Origin: Amphibalanus amphitrite
Lineage: Eukaryota
Length of the DNA: 64,000 nucleotides
Assembly: GCF_019059575.1 (NCBI RefSeq)
Contig: NW_024881729.1
Location: 480,406 to 544,405 of the forward strand
Reading direction: 5' to 3'
Shown here: positions 47,722-59,604 of the stretch, piece by piece
How positions within the stretch are numbered: the first letter of the stretch is position 1
Layout: every line of letters starts with the position of its first letter
The notes under the pieces: model-generated
Databases searched by the model: none
What the model was told of the DNA's origin: nothing
The model's input: the letters and a program-made list of their open reading frames with translations, nothing else
Made by a program: the position numbers and the translations under genes

Positions 47722-50700
47722 GCATTATGAAGGAAACGAAAAATCCGACACTCCCATAACCAACTGAAGGAGCGGGTCTTAATTTGCTATTATTTTTCTA
47801 CCGTAGTGTCTTGAGTTGCCAAAAATATGCCCAAACACTTAATGGAATATTACTCGTAGATTGTGTTGATGTAATGAACAGCATAAGAATCAAAATTTGA
47901 TGCGATTTATCGCTTTATTAAGCTTTAATGGATAAATCTCCAATGCCATTTTACATCAGTATCTTTAACCGCTTTTGCTGCGAGCCTTCATGCAGCTTAC
48001 AAGTTACAGGTTGATAATGTCACGAACAATTAGCTCTCTCACCTGACTCAGGGCTGCTGAATCAAGGACGGGACAGGAACTCGAACTGCTTCCGGCAAGA
48101 TCGGTGAGGTTGTCAGACACGGGATTAGATGACCTTTGCCGTTCACGTACAATCGCCAGCGGCATATCATCATCCGGAATTTCTGCACCGAACACATTTT
48201 TTTTTTTGTCAGTCTCCTGAACCACTACGCATTGCCATTTTGTCATTAGCATAGCATAAGCGACATATCATTTTTTCACACGTAACCTTCTCAAAGGCGC
48301 TGCAGCTCTGCATTATTTTTATACATTCCATGGTGCTCTACACAATTGAATTGGCTACTCCTGTAACCCATATCAGCTAAAATTTGAGGAGTTGGCATGC
48401 CTTTCATATCGGGTCAATGTCCCTTACCTTCCACAAGGCTCTGGCGAGTCTTGGAGCTCTTGGCCACCGCTCCAAACCACTCCCGGCCTCCGTGCCTCAT
48501 TCGCACCCGCGACCCAACAGCGATTTCTTCCTCACACTTCAGTGCATTCAATGGCGAGTAATGTGACTCACCAGCGGTCTTATCTTCCCAAATCACTCGA
48601 ACGTGTACGACTCCTCTCCTTCGGATGAAATCGGAGCCAGTCGGCGCTTCCGAAATCTTCTTGCGTTTTTTATCACACTCAGCGGATGAGATTGATTTGC
48701 GTTTTTTACCCATATTTGTAAAAAGGCAGGGATAAAGGCACCAACTCGGGGAGAATTGCTTCGCTTTACGTTTGATTAGCGCGCCAGACGTCTGCCAGCC
48801 GCCCGCGCGTGCTGTTTACTACGCGTAGTACGGCGATGTGTAAGGAGGATTTGGTGGGTTTTTAAATTGGCGGGCTAATTGTCAGTAAGCTTTTGCGACC
48901 TAACATTATGAAAAATGCTTGTGCAATCGTGCTCACAAACTGTAGTGCTATTTCATTGTCTGAATATCCAAATATGCCCTTAAAAACTGTCAGTCAATTA
49001 AAACTCGCCAAATACTCTTCACCACAGGCACTCTCAGTCCCGGAGCACGCTTTATCTCACCCTTTTTTTCCATTGCATCGCCAGCACTCAAGATCATGGA
49101 AAAAAAGGGTGAGATTTCACGGCTTTTTTCCACACGACCAAAACCCAATTTTGTGTGGCATTCCAACTCACGGCTTAATGCCAACTTTCAAATTTAGATT
49201 TTCGGCATGAATTTTTATTCAATAATGCTTATGAACTACACCATTGAATTCGCCTCGAAAAGAGCTTTCATTTGATATAAATATAAAAAAATGTATTAAA
49301 ATCACCTCACCCTTTTTTTCCTTTGCACGGCAGCACTGGTGGAGCAACAGCCAGTCACTGTATCTTCAGCCTTAGGTGTACATCAAACTAGAACAATCAA
49401 AATTACGCAGATCATCAGAAAAGTAGGTTACTAGACACTAACACAGAGGCTACTGTTAAGTCAATAGTTCATCCCAAAAATATAGGCATCAACCTATATA
49501 GAAACTTAGCATATTCTGATAACTGGTAGTATATTAAGTGGGACTTTAAAGTCATTTTACCTTTTACTCAGGTTGATAAGTTAATGGTATACTTTTCAGA
49601 GTCTCAAGAGTAAATGTATTTTTTATTTAAATGATGGCAAATATTTTGACCCCCATTGAGGAGCCTTTTTCAATGCAAAATTACATGGAATAATAAGTTT
49701 TGGTAGTATATTATCCAGGATATAGGCAAAGCAAGCACAGCTAGCCAGCCAGTCTGTTGTTTTGGGAAATTATCATTAGTCCATTGTTCAATGTGAAATT
49801 ATCAGTATGACCTGCCAGACCCAGCCCAAATACACTTTTATCTATTATTACTTGGTAAATGTCAAGATAAAGTCCTAAGCAGATTTCATTGATATATTTT
49901 TCATATTTTCTAAATTATTTGACATCCTGAATCCAAAAATGATACTTGTATGTCTCGCAAATAAAAGAAAATCATTCAAACCTGACCTAACCTTACCTAC
50001 TTACCTATAAGTACCTACCAACCTAAAACCTACCTACCTACAACCTAACCTAAAACCTAAAATGTTTGCTGTTACATATTTGTATCAACAGCGTCACAAC
50101 TGTAGTTAGGACCTAAACTTGACATATACCTTATTATTTATGGCAGAGGTATGGTATTATGGCAGGCAGAGGTTTGATTATTTATTTATTATGACAGAGC
50201 ATTATTTATGGCAAGCACTCATGACTCAAGCAGCCAAGAAGCAGCATGAGCCAGTAGGTATCACCAAGCTGTAAGTGGAAGGCTTGTGATGTTGATGCAT
50301 GCATTAACACATTCATCCATACATAGCCCTATCCCTTAATTCATAAACTCAACTAATGTAGCATGCCACTTCCACGTCTCAACAACAGGGCAGTGTTTCA
50401 CTGGACACTGGTACCACACTGCTATCACATTTTGTAAATGTATGGGGTCAGTGTGGTAGTGTTGGATAAACAACTTTGTTGATGTCTCCATGGAAGACAA
50501 ATTTGACATGTGATAGCAGCGCGCGCAGCGCCGGCAAAGGCTGTAAGAGGGCCCCAGTGCGATATTTCAGCTCCAAAATAACACACTGATCCCGACCAGT
50601 CAGTGGAATGCCATACACAAGTCAGTCGAAAGTAGGTACCTCCTTGCACTTCCACATGCGCAGGGCTCCCTAGCGCTAGTTTCTTTATCGTTACATGGAA

Positions 50701-51484
50701 ACTACATCAAAACGTGCACTTACAGACAAACACGACGCGCTGCTCTTTTAGCATGGGCAATTCTAAATGAAACTACTACAGGAATTAAGTGGAACACACG
50801 TACATGGCCAATCAGAGCCGCCCACTGACGAACAAGCACATTTCCAAGCGATTTGAGAAATCAGCAATAGGACGAAGACCCTAACCACATCCACTCACCT
50901 CTCACGACCGGAAAAGGAAGGTTAAGAGCTGTATGTTTGGTAGTGCTAAATTTAGAGTCGAACTGCATTTTGTTCTACAAATGTGCTATTTTCCTAATAT
51001 TATGCATTTTTATTCGGAAAAATTTAGTTGTTGGTCAAAATTGGTTTTAAATTTCCAGTAGGTATTGACAATTGTTTTCCTCTTTTAGACTCCATTTAAT
51101 ATCCAAACCAGCACTATCCATCTTTTTGTTACTTGATGAAACTTTTGGGACATTCGATGTTTTGCAAAGGAACATTGATCGTTAGCAATATTTAGCATCA
51201 ATTATCACGTAAGCTTTTCTTTTAATCGACTGCTTATGGAAAAAATAGTCCTTCAATTTTACTCTTTTATTGTAAACTTATATTAACCGTAGTGAAACCA
51301 TGGTAACCGTCGCGCATGCGCATAGGGGTACCAGGTGATTTGTAAACATGGCGAGAATGTGAGTCGTGTATGGGGAGAGTGCTGGTGTTGTGGACGATTG
51401 TGTGAGATTTAGAGCCTCTACGCCGAAAAACTTCGTTGCTGCCGTAAGTCGAAGGATAGATGTGTCCGGCAGTGATGAAAGAAC

Positions 51485-51653
51485 ATGGCAGAGCCAAAAA
51501 CTGCGGTACTTCTCAGTGCTCCAAAGTCAGCTGGTAGTGAACAGAAGAGCAAGAAACCTGCCAGAAGTTTACGGTTTGAGCTTACCCTTCAGGAAACCAC
51601 CAAGGAAACTTACTCGGAGTTTAGCTACTTGGATCTAGTATCCAAAGAAAAGG
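51485..51653 (+). CDS. Speculative first coding exon: MAEPKTAVLLSAPKSAGSEQKSKKPARSLRFELTLQETTKETYSEFSYLDLVSKEK.
   Basis: The context gaacATGG resembles a Kozak site. The donor is AAG|GTCAGT. A GCGCATGCGC palindrome and a possible 5'UTR mini-exon (ATGGCGAGAAT|GTGAGT) lie ~150 bp upstream. The function is unknown. Confidence 0.2.
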
Positions 51654-52299
51654 TCAGTGTGGCGCGAAAAGTTTTCTGCGTCCAATGATGTGTGCTATGG
51701 TGCCACAGTGCAATGTTGCTTGGTGTTGGGTTTATTTTTCCTCTATTGCTACATGGTTTCTGGTATATCTATGGTGATCCTGTGTCCCTGCTCCATGGCA
51801 GCCAGAGCAGCCATGTTTTTCACTTGGTTGTGGAGTGGGAGAGCAGTGGGCATACTGTGGAATGTGGGCCAAATTGGGTTGTAATGGATGGGCTCTGTTT
51901 TGTCATGTTGACAATTTAAATTGCAATGCTAACCTGCCTTTCTATTGCAGCAGTATCTATATTTTATTAAACCATGCACCTCATATTGTGAGGCTTCACC
52001 TGGTGCTGCCACTGGCTGCTTAAATACTACCTATAGAATCTCTGCAATTTGGAAAGCACTGAACCTTATGTCAATCACAATGCCTCATTTTTAATGCTTA
52101 CCCTACTAGAAGAAATTCATTGTTCATGCTTTTCATATATAATTAATGAATTCAGGACTTGTTTAATTTTAGCCATACTATGAGCCTTTATGTTTGGTCG
52201 TCTAGGACAAACACTTAATTAACATTACTGAGTTGACCTGACCTGTCCTGAACCCACCCACTCGGTGCTTTTCTGGCTGTCAGTATTTCCAATCAGACC

Positions 52300-53310
52300 C
52301 AGCTCCCATCTGTGATCGATCCCGCAGCCGCGGTGGCCCGCCGGACACCGTCGCCTGTCCCTCTGTTCCCGCCTGGGGGCCGACCGGTACTGCCGTCTGA
52401 CCGTCACCGTCACCGGTCTGGGATGGTCAGACAGACGATCAAGCCGACTTTCTCTGTGGCCGCGCGGTGTGCAGCTCCCAGGAACGGTGTGGTGCTGTTG
52501 AACCGAGTGGGACCGAGCTCAGAGCCGGCGGGCCGCCACCGGACGTCGCTCGGCGGGAGAGAAGTGACCGGGTGGCGGTAAAACCTGGCGCGCTCGGCCG
52601 CCGGCGCGCTGGCGGGTGTCGCCGTGTGCAGGTCACGTGACCGGCCGGGGCGGTGCCGCCGGGTGTGATCGGTGGTGGCGGCGAGTGACGGACGGCGGAC
52701 GGGCTGGGTCAGCGGAGGGTGCCGCTCGCTCGGACCGGGTCGCCGGGTGCAGGGCCATTATCGATCGTACCGACCCGGTCATGGGAGAGCTGCCACGCGG
52801 CGGGGGCGGGGCCTCGGCGGCGGGGGCGGAGCGTGGCACGCCCGCCGGCGGTCGTGGGAGCCGCCGCCGGTACGATCGTGTGCGGCGCGCCGCGCGCGGT
52901 CGGATGGCGGGCGGGCGTAGAGGGACAAAGGTACCCCCCTCCGTGACCGGAGCCGTCGGCCGGCCGGAGGGGGGGGGGGGGTACGCCGCTCAGTGGGAAC
53001 TGGCGGGTGACGTCATGGGTCTGGCGGCGGCGGCGGCGGGGAGGGGTGGGAGGGGAAGGCCGGTCAGCTGATCGGCGGCCGTAGCGGGCTGGCGGCCGGC
53101 GCCCGGAGGTGTGCGCTAGAGGGGGACGGGCGGAGGGCAGGGCAGGGAAGGAAGGGAGGGTGGTGACAGGTGTGCCAGTGTGCATCGTAACGACACGTGT
53201 CTGTCGTAGCTCAGTACAGATGACTTGTGCTTACTGAACGAATCCAAACGTCGCTCATCTTTCTGGGGTTTCGGATGATATTCTGCGGGGGGGGGGGGGG
53301 GGGGGGTGCT
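52300..53310. promoter_or_regulatory. A CpG-island-like block of ~75% GC containing G17 and G23 homopolymers. It is a plausible 5' end or promoter of the ubinuclein-like gene, or a bidirectional promoter.
   Basis: There is an abrupt composition shift from the AT-rich flanks, high CpG density, and overlapping ORFs in all frames. The ubinuclein-like gene lacks its start codon in the first recognised exon. Confidence 0.3.
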
Positions 53311-54089
53311 GACTGAAAACCGGCGTGGACTTTTTGTGGGTGTAAAAATTGGATAATGGATTTCATGTTAAAAACAGCATTTTATTTCCATGCCAATCTA
53401 ACCACTTCTCAGCCAATTGAAAGATTTCTCGAACGGATTCTACGATCACAAACTTGTTCCCTATTCGCTGTACCTCCGCCAACACACTTCATGTGCACCG
53501 TTTATCACATAAATAACAACATTAATTCAATTGTCTAGTTCCTCATTCCTGCAATCTACATTAATTATTGTAATATGACCTCGTTCGTCGGTGTGCAGTG
53601 TGGACTGTGGGGCGCCCGCCCGTCTCAATTGCTACCATAAGTGACTTTTTTTCTACAGGGTCATTCATTACTATCTCTTGGGAGTTGGTTTATGAACCAA
53701 TGTCGGTGATTAAATGCCGATGTAATTAGTAGGATTTCGCTAATAATGCCTTGTTCATTGTTCACTGATCGGAATTCCCACACGGTCTCCGAATAGTTTT
53801 TTTTTGTTTATTCTCACTGCCTTGGTAAGCCTTCTTAGTTCAATGAAATGCTCTCGTTATTTTCCACCCCCTATCGGTATCAGTTTGTTGGTGTTTTTAT
53901 CTTCAGTGTCATGTTTTAACGCCCAACAGTGCCTGCCAACGATTGTCTGTTCGGTGCACAATTCACCTCCAGTGTATCAGTTATGATCTGGATGTCGGGT
54001 GGACGACTTCCCTCGTGCTGAAGTCATCTCCGGGCGACCGCTGCCTGTTCTAAATATCACCGGTACCTACCCCCGTTCTCGCGCGACAG

Positions 54090-54203
54090 GAGAAGCATGT
54101 GCGTCACAAGGTCAAGGCGAACGGCGTGCACCCGCCCGACGATCCGTTCGGGGACAGCGATGACAATGTCAAGGAGATTGCGCGACGCTTCGAGGAGAAA
54201 TAC
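54090..54203 (+). CDS. Ubinuclein-like gene, HUN-domain exon: EKHVRHKVKANGVHPPDDPFGDSDDNVKEIARRFEEKY. This is not the first coding exon; the start codon must lie upstream.
   Basis: It matches human UBN1 ([27 protein letters not shown]). The acceptor is gcgcgacag|G and the donor is GTGAGT. Confidence 0.7.
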
Positions 54204-54901
54204 GTGAGTCTCTGCCGGCGGAGACGGCCGGGTCTGAGCCCCTACAGTTTGGGGCGATGTATGTCCGTAATAGATCATGGAACAGATGGTACAGTGTGAT
54301 GCAACTGGTTCGGTTTCCTGGAGAGCGCATGCCAACTTTTGATAACTTTAAAAATGTGATTGGATTTTGAGTAGTAGCACGGATGAAGCAAAATATTAAA
54401 GATTATTTTTGAAGGTAGGGTCCGCACTGCATCAGGGAACTTTTATTCCAGCAATATCCAGATCTATTCTATGATATTAATTACGTTTTGGATGTTTTTC
54501 CTTCGTAATCATGCGATCAATGTCGCGATGAAATAACTCGCACGGACAAATGTTTGGGTAGACGACCCTCACCTCGGACCAGGTAGCTTTAATCGTTGAA
54601 CGGTGCCAGTCAGCTGATACTGAGTGGCCTGTGTTGTGTCTACCTCTCGACGGAAAACCAGACTACTGTTTACCCGCGCTGGTAGGCGGAGCTGGTCAGA
54701 CGTAGCGACTGGATTGATAGTGCTCCTGACAGCTCAGCTTTGATACACTGGTGTGCCTGTAAACAACTGCTGTCCCCATGCCATATTCTCCGTTTTAAAT
54801 GATAAACCCTAAAATTAGTACGACGTCTTACCCTCGTCCCACTGCTGTTTCACAGGTTCCTTCAACAAAACCTGACCCCTCTCCTATCGCTGTTTTCTCA
54901 G

Positions 54902-55000
54902 GGCACCGGTGACGGTATGCAGCGTAAGAAGCACCGTGATGTGTCGGAGCTGGGCCAGGGGTACGACGAGAACGACCCCTTCATCGACAACTCGGACGTG
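54902..55000 (+). CDS. Ubinuclein-like exon: GTGDGMQRKKHRDVSELGQGYDENDPFIDNSDV.
   Basis: It carries the core HUN motif GYDEND-PFIDNS(D/E), compared with UBN1 GYGYDESDSFIDNSEA. The acceptor is ttttctcag and the donor is GTTAGT. Confidence 0.75.
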
Positions 55001-55345
55001 GTTAGTGTCCAATACACAGTCTCTGTTGGTCAGTGGACTACTCGGTATTTTACTGAGTTAGCTGTTGTAACTGTGGATGTATTTATTTGACATTGGTCAT
55101 AGCGGAATTTTTATGTGTCGAATGGTTGAGAGTGCCAATGGGTCTAATTGTAGGGGCAGTTGGCAATTCTGCTGCTATAATGCCTATAGCCTAACATAAG
55201 TGCAAGTGCATAGGTATGAAAACTTACATAACGTCAAATTAAACCCAACCTATTGTGCCAACAGCTAAGAAGTGCTTTGACCCGAGTGACCTAACCTGGG
55301 TGACCTGGCCTAGTGACCTGACCTGCGTAATATCTCCTTCGACAG

Positions 55346-55474
55346 CACGAGGAGGACCTGCCGTCCAACCAGCGTCCTGAGTTCGGCGGGTTCTACATCA
55401 ACCGCGGTGCCCTGCGGCTGGAGCTGATTGATGGCGCCGACCCGGGCCGGCCGCCGCCCGCCAGACGGAAACGG
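55346..55474 (+). CDS. Ubinuclein-like exon: HEEDLPSNQRPEFGGFYINRGALRLELIDGADPGRPPPARRKR.
   Basis: FGGFYINRGALRL matches UBN1 YGGFYINSGTLQF. The acceptor is ccttcgacag and the donor is GTCAGT. Confidence 0.7.
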
Positions 55475-55653
55475 GTCAGTGGAGCCGGGAAGGGGACCAC
55501 CTCCGGGAGCCTGAGGTGGTATAGGGTCAACACAGCGGACATTGGACACTGGGACAGTCTGTTGGTGTTTTGATTGTTCTTTTACAGGAACATCAGGTAA
55601 TAAATTTAGTGGTGTCTGGACTTTCGATTGGCTAATATTTGTGGATTTGATTT

Positions 55654-56072
55654 AAGGCCGCCCCACACTGGACCTCGCATGCGGGTTGCGAGTTTGCGGG
55701 TTTTGAGTTTGAGGGCATAATACTAATTCATAGAGTGATTAGACCGTTCCCTTATGGTAACTTCATGAATGCAATGAAGCCGGTACACCTTCAGAAAAAT
55801 TTCGCAATACCAGTGCAACCAACCAAAATTCGACTTCAACGAAAACCCCGCAAACCTCGCAGAACTCGCAGACCTCGCAGCGGGGAAAATCTAAAGCTGA
55901 CTCAAAATCAACTTTTGGAATGCGATGCAAGTTGGCTCGCATGCTAAAAACATGCAGACTCGCTTGTTAGATGGTATTGTGGGTCACTCAGCTTAGATTG
56001 TATTATTTGATTTGAAAGAAACCCGAAAAACCAAAAACTCGCAACCCGCATGCGAGGTCCAGTGTGGGGCGG
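55654..56072. mobile_element. A ~420 bp MITE with 40-bp perfect TIRs (GGCCGCCCCACACTGGACCTCGCATGCGGGTTGCGAGTTT). It is inserted at the left end of MITE copy 3.
   Basis: The inverted repeats at 55655-55694 and 56033-56072 are perfect. A TTAA sits immediately 5' (gatTTAAggccgcc). Confidence 0.65.
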
Positions 56073-57655
56073 CCTTCGCCCCAGTGGGGGGGGGGGGCAT
56101 ATGTTACCACCCTGTCGCGTTTTTGGCGTGTGAATAAAAAACCGCGGCGCGTAGCGCCGCGCCGCTTGGGGTAGCTTTTAGTACATCAATTTTGGACAAT
56201 GTGTGAAATTTTTGACCCCAGGTCATGTCAGGTCAGGTCACCAGGTCAAGTTAACTGACCAAGCCTAAAACAAAGTTTGCAATCATGTCCAGCTTGCAGT
56301 GTTTGTCAGAAAGGTTTTAAACTTGGTGTAGAGGTGGCAAAAGATGAAAATTTTGGGAACCAGACTCGAACCAGACCCGGCTGGACATTTCTGGAACCAG
56401 TCGGACCCGGTCTTAGTTGGAATCGGAACCAGTTGGACCCGTTCCCCAAAAGTCAATTAATACAAACTACTTGTGGGTATCATTAGTTGCATCATGTAAA
56501 ACAGCCTTTTCCCACTGGGAATACTCGTGAGCTACTGTGTGCAAAGAAACATTCACTTCATTCACTTCATATTTTGCAATAATGTGCAGTGTGCAAGATG
56601 TATAGTTAATGTTAGGACCCGGTTGGACCCGTCAGAAAATTTCCAGGAACCGGTCTGGACCCATATGGGTCCAGACTGGTTCTTTGGACCGGGTCCTCGG
56701 GTCCACATTTTGCCACCTCTAACTTGGTGGATTGCATGATGTTATGAGCGCCTACAATTTGTATATCTCCGATTTTTTATATCTGTGACCTAAGGCCAGG
56801 TCAGTGGCGTGACTTTTCCATTACAAGTCATTGGAGAAAAATGAAAATGCCTCTAGATCCGTGTGTACGCAAAGGAACAGTCCAAATATTTCAGAATCAC
56901 AATGATTTGGACCACCCGTGATGACCAAGGTGTCATTTTTGCTGATAGCCTCTAGAAAGGTCATCCGAGGTCATTTGAGGCTACAAACAGATTTTTGCCA
57001 ATAACTCGCGATTGGAAAGAGATAGAACGCTGGAGATGGTCTCATTGTGTTTGTCTTGTTGAGACGCATCGATTGATATGCAACATGACCTTTTCCGGCC
57101 AGGTCATGACCTTGACCTGAGGTCAAATTTTCAAGTTGACCTTTCAAGGTCAAATTATAGTTCATTCGACGCGTCTCGGCGAGAGGAACACGATTCTGGC
57201 AATAAAAATGTCGTGGCTTTTTGTAATCGAAAGTTATTGTCGAAAAACACTTTTCGTAAAAACAGCTATTTTTGGAGTTTTTGCCCTCTGGAGGCTAAAC
57301 CGTTGACCTGAGGTCAATTTTGATAATGACTTTATCAAAAGAAGAGTTCAAAAGCTATCGATTGCTTTTCCATGCGTTTTTCTAGCTACCATTGATCCTG
57401 AGAAAACGGCATATTTTCTGAAAAATATAATGACCATTGGCAGATTTTGACCTTTGATGACCTCTGGTGACCCCAATATTGCTCTAAGATAAAAAATGAC
57501 TGAAATACTTTCAAACGTACACATTGAGAGCTATCGACTGCTTTTTACCGCGTCTTTCTAGCCCTCTTAGTTTTTGAGTTAGAGGTGGGTGGTAACATAT
57601 GCCCCCCCCTCACTAGGGCGAAGTTGGCTGAGACCGCCACTGGGGCGCGGGTTAA
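56073..57655 (+). mobile_element. MITE-like element, copy 3, related to copies 1 and 2. Its 5' end is truncated or interrupted, and another MITE is nested inside it.
   Basis: The right end is ...GGTGGTAACATATGCCCCCCCCTCACTAGGGCGAAG...CCACTGGGGCGCGGG|TTAA. The left end is TTCGCCCCAGTGGGGGGGGGGGGCATATGTTACCACC. The interior contains AGGTCA/TGACCT-rich tracts like copies 1 and 2. Confidence 0.55.
56322..56733. mobile_element. A nested ~410 bp MITE with ACTTGGTGTAGAGGTGGCAAAAGATG TIRs, inside MITE copy 3.
   Basis: The inverted repeats are at 56318-56345 and 56712-56737. The interior is itself palindromic (ggaccc/gggtcc arms). A TTTAAA sits at the left junction. Confidence 0.55.
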
Positions 57656-57873
57656 GCTAGGTACTCTGTGATTTCATTAATTCTGCCGGGCACAAGCGGC
57701 GTATGGGTGTTTTGTGTTGTAAAGCTATCAACAGCAGTGCGTAGTGCACTGTAGCTGCGGCGGTGTGTTTTCCGCCGCTGCCCGTCTGCATGGTGAGCAT
57801 GTGCGTGTACACCTGTGAATGGCGCGGTTGGTAGCGGCCGATGCTGACACCCCTCCCCCCCCCTCCCGGCCAG

Positions 57874-58168
57874 GTGCGCCGGCTGAGCTCGGACGCAGAC
57901 GACGACGTCACCACTGGCGAGGAGCAGGAGCCCGGTGTGAAGCGGCCGCGAAAGAGGCTCGGCCGGCCGCCCAAGAAGGACCCCAGCCTGCTACAGAAGA
58001 AGAAACGACGCGCCATCGACGGCCTGCTCAAGAAGAAGCCGTCGCTGACAGTCAAGGAGCTGCTGGAGCAGAAGAAGGCGCACAGAGAGCTGCAGCGGGC
58101 CGCCGAGACGCCGCCCCCGGCTCAGCCACCGGCGGCCGCGGCAGAACCGGCGGCGGAGACCGTCAATG
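57874..58168 (+). CDS. Ubinuclein-like exon: the basic, K/R-rich region VRRLSSDADDDVTTGEEQEPGVKRPRKRLGRPPKKDPSLLQKKKRRAIDGLLKKKPSLTVKELLEQKK...
   Basis: A C-rich polypyrimidine tract is followed by the acceptor cag|GTG. The donor is ATG|GTAAGC. It is lysine-rich like the corresponding UBN1 region. Confidence 0.6.
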
Positions 58169-58859
58169 GTAAGCTGGGATTTGTGGATTTTATTCGGCAT
58201 GATCGAGTATGATCTAGAGTACTGATTATGAGACTAGAGTATGATCGAGTAAACCATTTATATGACCCCATAAACGATCAAATGTCCTCGCTAATCCAGT
58301 TAAAGTCAGGGCACGCTTATATTGGACTGGAACTCATGATGCGCGGTGGGCGCGGATTCAGATGTGGGCTTTTTGGGATGTAATGATTAATGTGTGGAGT
58401 GGAGTGCCGTGGACAGCTGCTGGTGGGTGTCGGGCTAGGGGAGACGGCGGGCTGTACGGTCTGCTGCGCGGCGTCTTGGTGTTATTTTTGTCAACTTAAG
58501 CGGAGGTGAACGGCCGTTGCTTGAGCGAACACCACTGAAAGGGTCATTTCCGTTGTTGGGATTGCGAGGTTGCGAGGCATGGACCGAAATAACGCAGTGC
58601 GGGTAGTCGAGCGTCAGAAAGTCGGTGCCTTGATTTATGAGGTCACCGTGCTCCTGCTGTGGACGCTACCCGTTCCAAAGCTGCCTGCTGCAGTAATTGA
58701 GGTGTCAGGTCGACAGGGAATCACCCGTTCTGTGATTTTCCCGACGGATTAATGTGTCCTTCCCTGTCTTTTCCCTCATTCTCTGTCTGCATCCCACGTC
58801 TTCCAGTGACCATATCCATACTTGAATTATAAACTGACGCGTATCTTCTCTCCTTCCAG

Positions 58860-59054
58860 CCGCGGAGGCCCCCACGAATGGCACCGCCCAGACCAACGGT
58901 CATGACGGCTCGCGCGACTCGATGGACGAGACGATCGCCCACGTTGTGGCGGCGGCGGCGCGCCAGGCCGGCTCGTCGCCGGCGACAGGGGGTGCCGAGC
59001 GGTCGTCACCGCCGCCCCCGCCCGCCGCCAGGAAGGTCTCGTCATCGTCCAACA
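58860..59054 (+). CDS. Ubinuclein-like exon: AAEAPTNGTAQTNGHDGSRDSMDETIAHVVAAAARQAGSSPATGGAERSSPPPPPAARKVSSSSN.
   Basis: The acceptor is ctctccttccag and the donor is GTGAGT. The frame is continuous with the flanking exons (phase 1 in, phase 1 out). Confidence 0.55.
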
Positions 59055-59309
59055 GTGAGTTGAATCAGCCAAGAGTGTATGCAGGGCTAATGTTACTCAG
59101 CGCTGGTTTTATAACGTCAACAGTCGATGTCTTGAAAATTATGCTCAGTTTTCAGTCATAACTACTTACTTTTCCTTTTTCACACCGCTTTCGTGACCGA
59201 CTTTTTAGCCAGCCCTAAGCCCATTGCCGGCCGGCTTTATTGCTGGGCCACCTGGGAACATCCCGAAGACCAGCCTTATTACAATTGACCACTTCTCCTC
59301 TGCCCACAG

Positions 59310-59604
59310 CCAACAATTCGTCCAGTAACAGCGGCGGCGACAGCAGCAGCAGCGACGACAGCAGCGGTGACGACAGCAGCAGCAGCTCGGACGAGGAGGA
59401 GGGCGCCGAGCCGGAGGGAACCGAGGGAGAGCCGGAGCCGGAGCCGGAGCGGTGCCGCCGCCCCTCCGAGGACGACCTGCCGCACCTGACTCCGGAGCTG
59501 GCGCAGCTCGTCACCGCCATCAAGGCGGCCGCCGAGCTGGCCGGTCGCAGTGGAGAGGGAAAGATGAAGTTCTTCACGCCCGAGGTCAACAAGATGCTGC
59601 TCAA
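59310..59604 (+). CDS. Ubinuclein-like exon: an S/D-rich acidic tract followed by RCRRPSEDDLPHLTPELAQLVTAIKAAAELAGRSGEGKMKFFTPEVNKMLL.
   Basis: KMKFFTPEVNKMLL matches the UBN1 middle domain (RQKFFTQDINGILL). The acceptor is ctgcccacag and the donor is AA|GTGAGT. Confidence 0.7.

Larger units (their letters stand above)
43530..49340 (-). mobile_element. A ~5.8 kb DNA-transposon-like element with terminal inverted repeats CTGCCGTGCAAAGGAAAAAAAGGGTGAG. It contains subterminal tandem repeats, the transposase-like ORF, and two upstream ORFs (48004-48252 and 48414-48713).
   Basis: A 28-bp sequence at 43533-43560 recurs as its reverse complement at 49306-49335. The GATTTCACGGCTTTTT motif recurs at both ends (43822 and 49112). 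The tandem repeat at 44205-44555 sits immediately 3' of the ORF. Confidence 0.5.
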
